Source: an uncultured Clostridia bacterium
GTDB taxonomy: Bacteria; Bacillota; Clostridia; Christensenellales; UBA1242
Direction of reading: 5' to 3'
Assembly: GCA_944345705.1 (NCBI GenBank)
Contig: CALVML010000005.1
Coordinates: 11,282-75,281 of the forward strand
Length of the DNA: 64,000 nt
The notes beneath the pieces are model-generated. The model did not search any database. It was given only the letters and a program-made list of their open reading frames with translations, and was not told the DNA's origin. Position 1 is the stretch's first letter, and every line of letters begins with the position of its first letter. Below, one piece after another: positions 1 through 10,062 of this stretch. The position numbers and the translations under genes are program-made.

Positions 1-1189
1 TAGGACCTGGTGGATCTGGTGGGAATGTTGGTCCATCTTGATCAGGACCTGTTGGACCAAGTTCGGTATCGTCAACACTAGCTATGCCTTCTTGATCGTA
101 AGTTCTTTGATAATAAGAAAATCTTGTATTTATCGTGCTTTTTTGGTTGTCAGGATAAATATCAAAGGTTCTTCCTTCTATTTCCATTGTTGCAACTGGT
201 TCATAAACTTTTCCGCTTCTGTCAGTCGCAGGTGCTTGTGGTAAGTTGATCTGTACAAAATTATGAAAAAACTCTTCAAACTGTGGATTTTGACAATCTA
301 TTTCAATTGTTCTTCCGCCTTTTTGAAAGTTGATATCCAGTGATCTTTTGCCATTTTTATCTTGTGTAAAGAAAAAGTTTTGACATTCATTATATCCGCC
401 ATTACTATAAAGGTAAACTTGATTTGTCTTTTCATCCTTTATGAATACATAGTCGGTTAAAGCATTTGATCGACTTCCAGATGGAACTGATTGGCCATGA
501 TAGAAAGTGAAATCTCCAACTTTAGTAGGGGTTTGCATTTTGACATCTTTGTTTGCAAAGCCTTGACAGTATTCATATACGATATACTGCGGAATAGAAC
601 GAATACGATCTTGATTGTTTTCGGCATTAATTGTGGCAAAAGGTTTCTCCTGTTCAAGCATTTTTGTAGCAAAATCTCTATGCAAATTAACATCAAGATG
701 CTTTTCATTGCCAAGAGAATGAGTAAATGTGTTTTCTCCATATTCAAATTTTATGCCAGTAGCATTTGCTGTAAGGGTATATTCCTGTCCATCTTTAGAT
801 TTAATGGTGATTATAAACTCATTATTCTTAGATTTAACTGATATTGCTTTATCGTCATTATTTATATGAATTTGACCTTCATCAAGGATTGAAATAAGAT
901 GATCATCCTTGATGTCAGCTTTTTCCATTTGTTTTCTAAAGTTTGAGCAGACTTCTTTACTTAAACCTATTGTATATTTACCATCAACACTATTTATAGT
1001 TAATGTAGGTGATGAGCTTTCATTTTTTGAACCATCGTTATTTGCTTCGTCAAGTTCAAAAAGATTTTTGCCGTCAATGTTCATTTGTACATTTTGGACA
1101 AATGAAACTTCTTTTTCATCAACTGTTGTCTTGATATTATTTGATACAGTCACTGGATACTGACCATTAAGTCCATATATTCCTGCCAT
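1..1189 (-). CDS. hypothetical protein, N-terminal 396 aa only (3' end lies beyond window start)
   Basis: Hand translation of the minus strand from ATG at 1189-1187 (RBS AGGAGA = rc of 1195-1200) gives MAGIYGLNGQYPVTVSNNIKTTVDEK... It runs with no stop to position 1 and ends in a Pro/Gly-rich stretch (GPTGPDQDGPTFPPDPPGP). It is absent from the ORF track only because it has no in-window stop. No family recognised. Confidence 0.6.
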   Translation of the reverse strand, partial: MAGIYGLNGQYPVTVSNNIKTTVDEKEVSFVQNVQMNIDGKNLFELDEANNDGSKNESSSPTLTINSVDGKYTIGLSKEVCSNFRKQMEKADIKDDHLISILDEGQIHINNDDKAISVKSKNNEFIITIKSKDGQEYTLTANATGIKFEYGENTFTHSLGNEKHLDVNLHRDFATKMLEQEKPFATINAENNQDRIRSIPQYIVYEYCQGFANKDVKMQTPTKVGDFTFYHGQSVPSGSRSNALTDYVFIKDEKTNQVYLYSNGGYNECQNFFFTQDKNGKRSLDINFQKGGRTIEIDCQNPQFEEFFHNFVQINLPQAPATDRSGKVYEPVATMEIEGRTFDIYPDNQKSTINTRFSYYQRTYDQEGIASVDDTELGPTGPDQDGPTFPPDPPGP

Positions 1190-1311
1190 TATATTCTCCT
1201 TAAATATGATTTATTTATTATATATTAACATTTATATTATTATTTGTCAAGTAAGCTTGATTTAATTTGCCTTATATAATGAAAAAAAGAGATAAAATAG
1301 GATGTAAATTC

Positions 1312-3438
1312 CTATTCCCTCTCTTTAAGTTCTTCGTCAATCGCTTCTACCGATTTAACATAATCAAGTAGGGTGTTTTTCAATGACTCAACTTGCTCAG
1401 TTGTCAAAGCAAGTTTTATAAGGTTTGCTTTATTTTCATCAATCTCGCCATCTAAGAATGAGATTAATGTGTCGATGTTATCTGTAAGAAAATGTCGTTC
1501 AATTGTATCCATATACATAAAGTTGTCTTTTTTGTTATTGATTATATCTTGAAGTGTTTCAATTAATTCATTTGCCTTATCACTGACAAGCTCTTTTTGT
1601 GTTAAATCTGTTTCTTCGTTTTCAGAATCATTTACTTCTTTTTCGATAGATGTTGTTATATTAGATTTTATCTTTTTAAGCTGCACAATTAATTGATTTA
1701 GATTTTCATTTATAAGATTGCTATTTTTTTGTTTTGTTTGTAGAACTTTTTTAAATGCACCATTCTCGCTCGAGATTTTTTCAAGCTGTGCATCATTATG
1801 TTTTTTTGCCATTTTTATGGTTTTTAAAGCAGCTCCAGCAGAAATATTTTGCATTGACGAAGCAACAATATCGCCATTGTTTAAAATAATGTTGATTTTT
1901 TCTTCATGTTCGACAAATTTCGAATATTTTATTCTCTTAAAATCAAGATATTTTGTTAAATTTAAGTCAAGGCCATTGGATGCATTTTTCAAGATTAACT
2001 CCAAAATATTCACAGACTCAACAGGGAGTTCTTCAAATTTTTTGTCGGAAGCGAGTGCTTGTGTAAACTTTTGCAAACTTTCTATTGAACTGATATTTTC
2101 AGTAATATATTGATTTAGATAGTTGTCTTGATTTTTGTTGTAATTTATTGCCTGTCTAAGAGATTTTAAAACATCCAATTGTTCTCGCGAAAACAACTTT
2201 TTTTCTTCTTTTCCATCCTCATCTTTGAAAGTAAAAACTCTTAAAGATGAATTCTTATCTTGAGACTTTTCAATAAAGTCAATTATGCTTTGTGGCAAAT
2301 CATTATTGACTTCAACTTCACTTGACATGACTTCGACAGGATTAATTATAGAATTTTCTTCAGGCTGAGCTAAAGATTTTAACTGATTTATTTTATATAC
2401 AGATGCATTGGTTTTAACAAATTCAAAGTCTTTTGCAATACTATAAAGCCTATTCGATATCTCATCATTATTTGCTTGAAACCAAGTGTCGTTGTTGAGA
2501 GAGAATATTTCATTTATTTTATCATAGCTGTTTTTTATATTTTCATCATTCAAGTTTTGTATTTTATTTAAAACTTCATTATTCTCATTAAGAAAATCTT
2601 TCCATTTTTTTGTTTGATTATTTATTTCATGCTTTTGCAAGGCAATAGTTTTAGCTTCTTTTGCGATGTTTTCAATTTGATCAAGTTTTTTAAGTTCGTT
2701 ATTCTTATTTGTGAGTAGTATATTTTTTAGTTTGCTAGGGTTAAAGCTTGCCTGTGCCTTAATTACTTCGCTAGGGGAGCTTTCTGCAGTTATGTTATAT
2801 ACATTTTGGTAATCGGTAAAATTTGTAATAAATGTTTCAATAGATGAACCTGCATAAATACGAGCATAGGTTTTTAAAGTGTTTTCAAGTTTATCAAATG
2901 TTTCTCGACTATTTTCCTTCTCACTATCATTTATTTTATTGTAAATTTTGCCATAATTGGTTTTTAAAAATGATATAACTCTCGCAAAAACTTGCGCCTT
3001 TTCTGCCACGAATTGAAGACGAGAAAGATCATGTTTTTCAAATTTTAATGTTTTTAGAGCAAAATTTCTAGGTATTTTTTCGTTAATTTCATCAAAAAAA
3101 TATTTGGCATCTACTTCATAAGTTTCTTTTCCTGCCTTTATTCTACCTGCGTTTGCAATATTAAGTGATTGTTCCAATAATTTTACTTCGACATTTGAAG
3201 TGTAATATTGATAAAGATTTTCTTGTGTTACAAAGTCCAAAATATCTTGAATACTTGCCAAGGCAAACAACTTATCAAATAGTTGATTTTCTATTAATGT
3301 GGCTTGATCAAGATTGCCTATAGTTTTAGAAAAATCTATAGTCTTAAAGAGTTTGTTGTTTTTCAATAATGCAACTTTAGTTTGCAATCTATTAGACATT
3401 TTTTTAATATTATTATTTAATTTCGTTAAAATGCTCAT
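1312..3438 (-). CDS. hypothetical all-alpha/coiled-coil protein (708 aa)
   Basis: Long uninterrupted ORF, K/E/N/L-rich with heptad-like composition. No signal peptide or TM segment, and no motif I recognise. Same direction as the downstream 1-1189 gene. Confidence 0.6.
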   Translation of the reverse strand: MSILTKLNNNIKKMSNRLQTKVALLKNNKLFKTIDFSKTIGNLDQATLIENQLFDKLFALASIQDILDFVTQENLYQYYTSNVEVKLLEQSLNIANAGRIKAGKETYEVDAKYFFDEINEKIPRNFALKTLKFEKHDLSRLQFVAEKAQVFARVISFLKTNYGKIYNKINDSEKENSRETFDKLENTLKTYARIYAGSSIETFITNFTDYQNVYNITAESSPSEVIKAQASFNPSKLKNILLTNKNNELKKLDQIENIAKEAKTIALQKHEINNQTKKWKDFLNENNEVLNKIQNLNDENIKNSYDKINEIFSLNNDTWFQANNDEISNRLYSIAKDFEFVKTNASVYKINQLKSLAQPEENSIINPVEVMSSEVEVNNDLPQSIIDFIEKSQDKNSSLRVFTFKDEDGKEEKKLFSREQLDVLKSLRQAINYNKNQDNYLNQYITENISSIESLQKFTQALASDKKFEELPVESVNILELILKNASNGLDLNLTKYLDFKRIKYSKFVEHEEKINIILNNGDIVASSMQNISAGAALKTIKMAKKHNDAQLEKISSENGAFKKVLQTKQKNSNLINENLNQLIVQLKKIKSNITTSIEKEVNDSENEETDLTQKELVSDKANELIETLQDIINNKKDNFMYMDTIERHFLTDNIDTLISFLDGEIDENKANLIKLALTTEQVESLKNTLLDYVKSVEAIDEELKERE

Positions 3439-3676
3439 TATATTCCTCTTATCTTAAGTTAATTATAACATTTTTATTTATAGTAGTCAAGAGTCAATAA
3501 AAACAATTCAAAAATTGATAATTTTTGCAAAAACAAGAAAAATCAACAAAAAAATACATAAATCGAAAATCAAAAAAGCTTTAAAATTTAATAATTATTA
3601 AATCTATTTGACTTTTAAATAAAAATTATTAAAATTATCTTTGTAAGATTTTATGCAAAGAATTTAAGGAGAAAAG

Positions 3677-6406
3677 ATGGGACTTTTTGGAAATGAAAAT
3701 AAATCACAAGTAAAGAAATTAAGTAAGATTGCAGATGAAATTGTGGCACTAGAAGATAAGTATAAGGCTTATTCTAATGAGCAATTGCGTGCTTGTACTG
3801 ATGAATTCCGCGATAGATATAAGGCAGGGCAGTCGCTAAACGATCTCTTGCCAGAAGCTTATGCGGTAGTGAGAGAAGCTTCGACTAGAGTTTTAAATAT
3901 GCGTCACTTTTATGTACAACTTCTTGGTGGCATTGCGCTTCATCAAGGCAGAATTTCCGAGATGGGTACAGGTGAAGGTAAGACACTTGTTGAAACACTG
4001 CCTGCATATCTTAACGCAATCACTGGAAAAGGCGTGCATATCGTTACTGTCAACGAATACCTTGCAAAGCGTGACGCTGAATGGATGGGAAAGGTCTATA
4101 AATTTTTAGGCCTTACTGTTGGCGTGTCATTAAATGGGCAGGATGACAATCAAAAACGTCTTGCATATATGGCAGATATCACCTATACAACGAATAACGA
4201 ACTCGGCTTTGACTACCTTCGCGACAACATGGCTAGAAATAGAAATGAAAGGGTGCAACGAGGGCTTAACTTTGCCATTGTCGATGAGGTGGATAGTATT
4301 TTGATTGATGAGGCGAGAACTCCGCTTATCATCAGTGGCCGTGGCGGAAAAAGCTCTGAAGGGTATGTGAAGGCACAAGAATTTGCAAAGTCACTGCGTA
4401 AAGATGACTATGAAATAGATATAAAGACAAAACAGATAAATTTGACCGAAAAAGGTATCACTAAAGCAGAACGCTTCTATTCTATTGACAATCTTTCAGA
4501 CATTGAAAATATTGAAATACTTCACTATATCAACAACGCACTGCGTGCAAACTTTATCATGCATAGGGATGAAAATTATATCGTAAAAGATGGCGAAGTT
4601 GTGATCGTAGACGAGTTTACAGGCAGACTTGCTGTAGGACGAAGATTTAGCTCTGGACTGCATCAAGCAATTGAAGCAAAGGAAAAAGTAAATATTCAAG
4701 ATGAAAACCAGACCTTTGCAACAATAACATTCCAGAATTTCTTTAGACTCTACACAAAACTTTCAGGCATGACGGGTACTGCTAAGACCGAAGAAGGAGA
4801 GTTTAGAACAATATACAATCTTGACGTTGTTTCTATTCCACCAAACCTTCCTAAAAAACGCGTTGACTATCCAGATATCATGTATGTCACTGAGAAGGGT
4901 AAGATCTCGGCTATTATTGAAGAGATAAGAAAGTGCAAAGAAAGCGGACAGCCTGTGCTTGTTGGTACAATCAATATTGATAAATCTGAATTGATTTCAA
5001 GAGCGCTCAAACATTTAGGCATTAAGCACCAAGTGTTGAACGCTAAAAATAATGAAAAAGAAAGCGAGATTGTTGCTCAAGCAGGCAGAAAGGGCGCGAT
5101 AACCATTGCTACCAATATGGCTGGTCGTGGTACTGATATTTTGCTAGGCGGAAATCCTGAGTTTATGGCTACAAGCGAGATGCGTAAGAAAGGCTTTACA
5201 GAAGAAGAAATTTCTTATGCAACAGCATTCAATACAATAGATGACGAAAAGTTGAACTTAGCGCGTCAAGAGTATACTAAACTATTTGAAGATTTTAAGA
5301 AAATTACAGACGCCGAAAAGGAAGAAGTTAAGGCGCTTGGCGGTCTTCATATAATAGGTACTGAAAGGCACGAGTCTAGGCGTATTGACAATCAGCTTCG
5401 CGGACGAAGCGGAAGACAGGGTGACCCGGGATCAAGTGTATTCTATATTAGTCTAGATGATGACCTATTTAAGCGATTTGCAACAGATAGGCTCAAGAAA
5501 ATTTTGGCATTTTTCAAGATAGATGACACAACTCCAATTCAAATGAAAGCGGTGGCAAGACAGGTTGAAGCTTCTCAGCGTAGAATAGAACTTCAAAATT
5601 TCACCATAAGAAAGACAGTACTTCGCTTTGATGATGTAATGAATAAACAAAGAGAAATTATCTATGGCGAGCGAAATAAGGTTTTGGATGGCGAGCCTGT
5701 CCATGACCAAATTATGAGAATGTTCCCGCAGGTTATATCAAAAAGCGTTTACAAGATCATAAGTGACGAAAAACCATACTATGAATGGGACTTAAAGGCA
5801 CTTAATAAAGAGCTTGAAAATGGCTTGTTTGAAAAGGATAGCAACATTGTCACAGAAGAATTTGTTGAAGATTGTGATGTGGATGATGTGCTTGACAAGG
5901 TTTTTGACATAGTTAAAGCACGCTATAAGCAAAGACAGGATGAGATGCAGGCTCTCGGCATTGACTTTGAAGAAGTTGAACGTAATGTCCTTCTTCGTAT
6001 GGTAGATATCAACTGGATGAGTCAAATTGAAGATATGCAGATTATGAAAGATGAAATATTGTCAAGACAGTTTGGTCAGCAAGATCCAGTCCTTGCATAT
6101 AAAAAGGAAGGATTTGATATGTTTGACAACATGATCGACAAAATCAAGGAAACAACCTGCAAAGTGCTTCTCAATGCAAAAATTCAGCAGACACCGCAGG
6201 TCGCTCAGCCACAGCCTGTAAAAATTCTCTTTACAGGTAAAGAGCTGACGCCAGAAGAACGTGCTCAAAAGCAAAATAAGGCAAAATTGCAAATACAAAA
6301 GACCATCTATAGCGATAAGCCAAAAGCTGGCAGAAACGATCAATGTCCTTGCGGAAGTGGCAAAAAATATAAAAACTGTTGTTGGGATAAAGACCATAAC
6401 AGCTAA
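3677..6406 (+). CDS. secA: preprotein translocase ATPase SecA
   Basis: 909 aa. Walker A MGTGEGKT, DEAD-like DEVDSILIDEARTPLIISG, motor motif TNMAGRGTDI, C-terminal zinc finger CPCGSGKKYKNCC. RBS AAGGAGA upstream of the ATG. Confidence 0.97.
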   Translation: MGLFGNENKSQVKKLSKIADEIVALEDKYKAYSNEQLRACTDEFRDRYKAGQSLNDLLPEAYAVVREASTRVLNMRHFYVQLLGGIALHQGRISEMGTGEGKTLVETLPAYLNAITGKGVHIVTVNEYLAKRDAEWMGKVYKFLGLTVGVSLNGQDDNQKRLAYMADITYTTNNELGFDYLRDNMARNRNERVQRGLNFAIVDEVDSILIDEARTPLIISGRGGKSSEGYVKAQEFAKSLRKDDYEIDIKTKQINLTEKGITKAERFYSIDNLSDIENIEILHYINNALRANFIMHRDENYIVKDGEVVIVDEFTGRLAVGRRFSSGLHQAIEAKEKVNIQDENQTFATITFQNFFRLYTKLSGMTGTAKTEEGEFRTIYNLDVVSIPPNLPKKRVDYPDIMYVTEKGKISAIIEEIRKCKESGQPVLVGTINIDKSELISRALKHLGIKHQVLNAKNNEKESEIVAQAGRKGAITIATNMAGRGTDILLGGNPEFMATSEMRKKGFTEEEISYATAFNTIDDEKLNLARQEYTKLFEDFKKITDAEKEEVKALGGLHIIGTERHESRRIDNQLRGRSGRQGDPGSSVFYISLDDDLFKRFATDRLKKILAFFKIDDTTPIQMKAVARQVEASQRRIELQNFTIRKTVLRFDDVMNKQREIIYGERNKVLDGEPVHDQIMRMFPQVISKSVYKIISDEKPYYEWDLKALNKELENGLFEKDSNIVTEEFVEDCDVDDVLDKVFDIVKARYKQRQDEMQALGIDFEEVERNVLLRMVDINWMSQIEDMQIMKDEILSRQFGQQDPVLAYKKEGFDMFDNMIDKIKETTCKVLLNAKIQQTPQVAQPQPVKILFTGKELTPEERAQKQNKAKLQIQKTIYSDKPKAGRNDQCPCGSGKKYKNCCWDKDHNS

Positions 6407-6679
6407 TTTTGTATAGCAAAGCATTCACAAATCAAAATACAGTATAGAAGATATTTAAAGTGGCTTAAAGTTATACATCTTTTTGTTGAATATACTACTT
6501 TCCTATGCAAATTTACATTTTTCCTAGAATTCAAACAAAAAACCATTTGTAAATTATAAAGTGTAATAAATTTCGTTTTTTTGACTAAATTAATAGTATC
6601 AAAATGTAATAAAAAACGCAATTTTGTTTTGAGTTCATCGATAATTGTGTTAAAATCTATCTTAAGGAGCGAGTTTTGC

Positions 6680-6943
6680 ATGAAAAGTTTTGTCTATCCT
6701 GCTGTGTTTATGAAAGATAGTGAAGGAGTATATAGAGTTATATTTCCAGACCTTGAGCTTACTACTGATGGTAATCTTGTCGAAGAAGCGTACCTATATG
6801 CAAAAGAGTGTTTGACAATATATTTTACCTATTGTGAAAAACATGAACTTGACTATAACTTTCCTACTGATTTTGAACTTGTACGGTCCACTCTGCGTAA
6901 AGACGAGTTTGCCATGCTTATTCAAGCGGATATAGAAGATTAA
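6680..6943 (+). CDS. HicB-like (UPF0150) antitoxin-fold protein, no adjacent HicA seen
   Basis: Start moved to the ATG at 6680 (RBS AAGGAG at 6664-6669). N-terminus MKSFVYPAVFMKDSEGVYRVIFPDLELTTDGNLVEEAYLYAKECL matches the YPA.F...dG.y.v.FPDlpg..t.G.t.eEA pattern of the HicB N-terminal domain. Confidence 0.55.
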   Translation: MKSFVYPAVFMKDSEGVYRVIFPDLELTTDGNLVEEAYLYAKECLTIYFTYCEKHELDYNFPTDFELVRSTLRKDEFAMLIQADIED

Positions 6944-7056
6944 AATTGCTAATTTTTATTATCTTTTAATTAAGATAAAACTTTTTTAAATAATATTCTT
7001 ATAACACTAAAGCATTAAACTTTCAAGAATAAATTGAGAAATTTTAATTTAATTAG

Positions 7057-7085
7057 TTGACAATAAGATTAATATGTGATAATAT
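7057..7085 (+). promoter_or_regulatory. sigma-70-type promoter of the rpmG-secE-nusG operon
   Basis: TTGACA (7057-7062), 17-nt spacer, extended -10 TGaTAATAT (7077-7085), about 50 nt upstream of rpmG. Confidence 0.55.
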
Positions 7086-7136
7086 ACTACTAGCACTTCT
7101 TTAAGGGGGTGTTAGTTTTTTGTTAGGAGATGAAAA

Positions 7137-7298
7137 ATGGCTACACCAAAACGCAAAAATATTATTCTTGCATGCACTGAATGTCAAGAAAGAAACTATG
7201 CATCAAGCAAGAATACCGCTTCAAATCCAGAGAGAATTGAAATCACAAAATTCTGCTCACGTTGCGGAAAGAGAACAGTTCATAAAGAAACTAAGTAA
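7137..7298 (+). CDS. rpmG: 50S ribosomal protein L33
   Basis: 53-aa ORF below the ORF-track size cutoff: [53 protein letters not shown]. Two CxxC pairs, RBS AGGAGA, canonical position upstream of secE-nusG. Confidence 0.9.
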   Translation: MATPKRKNIILACTECQERNYASSKNTASNPERIEITKFCSRCGKRTVHKETK

Positions 7299-7312
7299 TT
7301 ATCGGGGGTTTT

Positions 7313-7804
7313 ATGTCTAAAAACAAAAAGTCGAAGAAGTCTAAAAATTCAAATGTAAAAACTGTTGCATCTAGCGAACTTGAAAATGCACAAGCTTCTT
7401 TAAATGGTGAAGTAGTAACAAGTGATGATGCTACTATGCCTGTTTCGGAAGATAAAAATGCAGTTCAGCCAAATGCTGAGCAAAACGAGCAAGCAAGTTT
7501 GCAAAACAGTTTAAAAAAAGGTAGCAAAGCCGAAGAAAAAGCTGAAAAGGCAAACAAAAAAGACGCTAAAGATAATAATAAGACTAAAAAAACAAACGAT
7601 AAAAAGAAAGACAAAAAAGAAAAAGGTAAACTCAAAAGAAAGGCAAAGGAAACTTTTTCAGAACTTAAAAAAGTTTCATGGCCTAGTTTTGGAGAAGTTT
7701 GCAAAAAGACAGGCGTAGTACTTGTAGTAGTACTTGTTTTTGCAGTCGTAATTTTTGGAATCGACTATTGTTTAGGACTACTTGTCAACTTGATTAGAGC
7801 CTAA
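7313..7804 (+). CDS. secE: preprotein translocase subunit SecE with long Lys-rich N-terminal extension
   Basis: C-terminal about 55 aa (FSELKKVSWPSFGEVCKKTGVVLVVVLVFAVVIFGIDYCLGLL) is a typical single-TM SecE. It is preceded by about 105 aa of low-complexity K/E/N/A sequence. Lies between rpmG and nusG. Confidence 0.85.
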   Translation: MSKNKKSKKSKNSNVKTVASSELENAQASLNGEVVTSDDATMPVSEDKNAVQPNAEQNEQASLQNSLKKGSKAEEKAEKANKKDAKDNNKTKKTNDKKKDKKEKGKLKRKAKETFSELKKVSWPSFGEVCKKTGVVLVVVLVFAVVIFGIDYCLGLLVNLIRA

Positions 7805-7822
7805 AAGATAACGGGAGTAAAT

Positions 7823-8551
7823 ATGGAAGAAAAAGAAATCACGCAAAACTATCTTGAGCAAAGCAACGTAGACCAGATTGACGAAAATAAAGAAAATTTG
7901 GATAAAAACGAAATTGAAACAAATCAATCTTTAGAAAACATTTCGCAAGAGTCACAGGAAGAAAGTCAAGTTGCAGGCGCAGAGAAAGAATTAAGCGAAG
8001 ACGAGCAAAGTTATCGTGAATTTGTAGATTCACTGCCAGCAAAATGGTATGTTCTTCATACATTCTCTGGATATGAAAATGTTGCAAAAGACAATCTTGA
8101 AACAGTGGTTGAAAAATTCAACCTTCAAGACAGAATTTTTGACATTGTAATTCCAATGGAAGATGTGGTAGAAGAGAAAAATGGCAAGAAGAAACTGGTG
8201 CAAAGAAAGGCTATGCCTTGCTATATTCTAGTTAAAATGAAATATGCAGATGATCTTTGGCATAATGTAACTAGAACACGCGGTATTACAGGCTTTGTTG
8301 GACCTAAAGGTCGTCCACTTGCTCTTACAGAAGATGAAGTTGTAAAACTTAGACTTGAAAAAATTACTGTTGATGTTGACCTTCAAGAAGGTGATAGAGT
8401 TGAAATCATTGAAGGCGCACTCGATGGAATGGTTGGACAGATTAAATCGATCAATCTTGAAACAGGCATTGCTTCTGTTAATGTAGAGATGTTTGGTAGA
8501 GAAACAAGTGTTGATTTAAATTTAAGTCAACTTCGTAAAATTAATTCATAA
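7823..8551 (+). CDS. nusG: transcription termination/antitermination factor NusG with acidic N-terminal extension
   Basis: NGN domain WYVLHTFSGYENVAKDNLE and KOW motif GDRVEIIEGALDGMVGQIKSIN. About 70 aa of extra acidic N-terminus. Confidence 0.93.
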   Translation: MEEKEITQNYLEQSNVDQIDENKENLDKNEIETNQSLENISQESQEESQVAGAEKELSEDEQSYREFVDSLPAKWYVLHTFSGYENVAKDNLETVVEKFNLQDRIFDIVIPMEDVVEEKNGKKKLVQRKAMPCYILVKMKYADDLWHNVTRTRGITGFVGPKGRPLALTEDEVVKLRLEKITVDVDLQEGDRVEIIEGALDGMVGQIKSINLETGIASVNVEMFGRETSVDLNLSQLRKINS

Positions 8552-8826
8552 AATCAATTTGGAAAAATTAAACCATTAATTATGGTATACCATGCTTTTA
8601 ATGTAAATTTTGTTTTTACTTTGATCTTTTCAATTTGAAAATAAAAAACATTATTAAAAGCATTGAATATACATGATAATTTGATTAAATGAACGAAAAA
8701 TTAATAAAATCGATAAATTTTGAGTGATTTTATTGATTATTGAAAGAATTTTGATTAAATTATCGCAAAAATCGTGGGAGAGTGGAACTGCAACCACTCA
8801 AAAAAACCACATATAAGGAGGGAAAA

Positions 8827-9258
8827 ATGGCAGAGAAAAAAATTACTGCAGTTGTAAAATTACAACTCGAAGCAGGTAAAGCCACTCCGGGACCACCAGT
8901 AGGTTCTTCTCTTGGACCTCATGGTATCAATATCGCTGGCTTTACAAAGGAATTCAATGAGAAAACAGCATCTCAAGCAGGTCTTGTTATACCTGTAGTT
9001 GTTACTATCTATGCAGATAGAAGTTTCTCATTTGTACTTAAGACTCCACCAGCAGCAGTCCTTATCAAAAAGGCAATAGGACTCGATAAGGGGTCAAGCG
9101 TACCAAACAAAACAAAAGTCGGAAAAATCACAAAAGAACAAATCAGACAAATTGCAGAGCAAAAAATGCCAGATCTCAACTGCACAAGCGTTGAGTCAGC
9201 AATGAGTATGATTGCCGGTGCTGCAAGAAGCATGGGTGTGACTGTGGTTGATGAGTAA
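8827..9258 (+). CDS. rplK: 50S ribosomal protein L11
   Basis: Start set at ATG 8827 (RBS AAGGAGGG). [39 protein letters not shown] is the L11 N-terminal signature. Confidence 0.95.
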   Translation: MAEKKITAVVKLQLEAGKATPGPPVGSSLGPHGINIAGFTKEFNEKTASQAGLVIPVVVTIYADRSFSFVLKTPPAAVLIKKAIGLDKGSSVPNKTKVGKITKEQIRQIAEQKMPDLNCTSVESAMSMIAGAARSMGVTVVDE

Positions 9259-9269
9259 GGAGGAATGCT

Positions 9270-9950
9270 ATGAAAGTAAGTAAGAAATATAAACAAGCAT
9301 CCGAGCAAGTTAGACAAAAATCTTTCGATATTGCTGGAGCAGTAGATACACTCCTTGCATTGCCAAAAGCAAAATTTGATGAAACAGTTGAACTTCATGT
9401 TAGACTTGGCGTTGATGGGAAAAATGCTGACCAACAAGTAAGAGGTGTATGTATTCTTCCACACGGAACAGGTAAGGACTTAAGAGTTTTGGTTATCGCT
9501 AAAGGTGATAAGGCAGACGACGCAGTTAAAGCGGGCGCTGATTATGTCGGCGGTGAAGAAATAGTAGCAAAAATCCAAGGCGGATGGCTTGATTTCGATG
9601 TATGTATCACAACACCTGATATGATGGGTATCGTTGGACGCGTTGCTAGAGTACTTGGACCTAAAGGTCTTATGCCAAACCCAAAGAGCGGAACTGTTAC
9701 TATGGATGTAGTTAAGGCAATCAAAGATGCTAAGGCTGGTAAAGTTGAATACAGACTTGACAAGACAAACAATGTCCATGTAATACTTGGAAAAGTAAGT
9801 TTTGGTAAAGAAAAACTCATCGACAACTATAACACAGTGATCGAAGCACTTCTAAAAGCAAAACCAGCAGCTGCAAAAGGACAATATTTCAAAAATATTA
9901 CTATTGCTTCAACTATGGGCCCTGGAATTAAAGTCAACGCAGTTATTTAA
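9270..9950 (+). CDS. rplA: 50S ribosomal protein L1
   Basis: 226 aa, directly after rpl[23 protein letters not shown]...LPHGTGK and [14 protein letters not shown] motifs. Confidence 0.95.
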   Translation: MKVSKKYKQASEQVRQKSFDIAGAVDTLLALPKAKFDETVELHVRLGVDGKNADQQVRGVCILPHGTGKDLRVLVIAKGDKADDAVKAGADYVGGEEIVAKIQGGWLDFDVCITTPDMMGIVGRVARVLGPKGLMPNPKSGTVTMDVVKAIKDAKAGKVEYRLDKTNNVHVILGKVSFGKEKLIDNYNTVIEALLKAKPAAAKGQYFKNITIASTMGPGIKVNAVI

Positions 9951-9979
9951 TTCAATATTAACACATTTATATAATAAGA

Positions 9980-10007
9980 AAACAGGAAATTTAATCCTGT
10001 TTTTTTA
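9980..10007 (+). terminator. intrinsic terminator after rplA
   Basis: Stem AACAGGA (9981-9987) / TCCTGTT (9995-10001) followed by a T-run. Confidence 0.7.
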
Positions 10008-10062
10008 AAAAATAAACTTTTGACTATTGAATATAAATAATTTATATGATATAATTATATAT

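Noticed and set aside
6403-6681. 92-aa minus-strand ORF as a HicA partner of the HicB-like gene
   Set aside because: It is in the wrong orientation, has low-complexity sequence and shows no HicA-like dsRBD motif.
7120-7320. ORF-track 66-aa ORF spanning the rpmG locus
   Set aside because: It is in the wrong frame. The 53-aa frame starting at 7137 encodes an unmistakable L33 with a proper RBS, while the 66-aa frame has no RBS and no family resemblance.
9009-9826. Minus-strand ORFs (151, 99 and 94 aa) opposite rplK/rplA
   Set aside because: They are antisense to highly conserved ribosomal protein genes.
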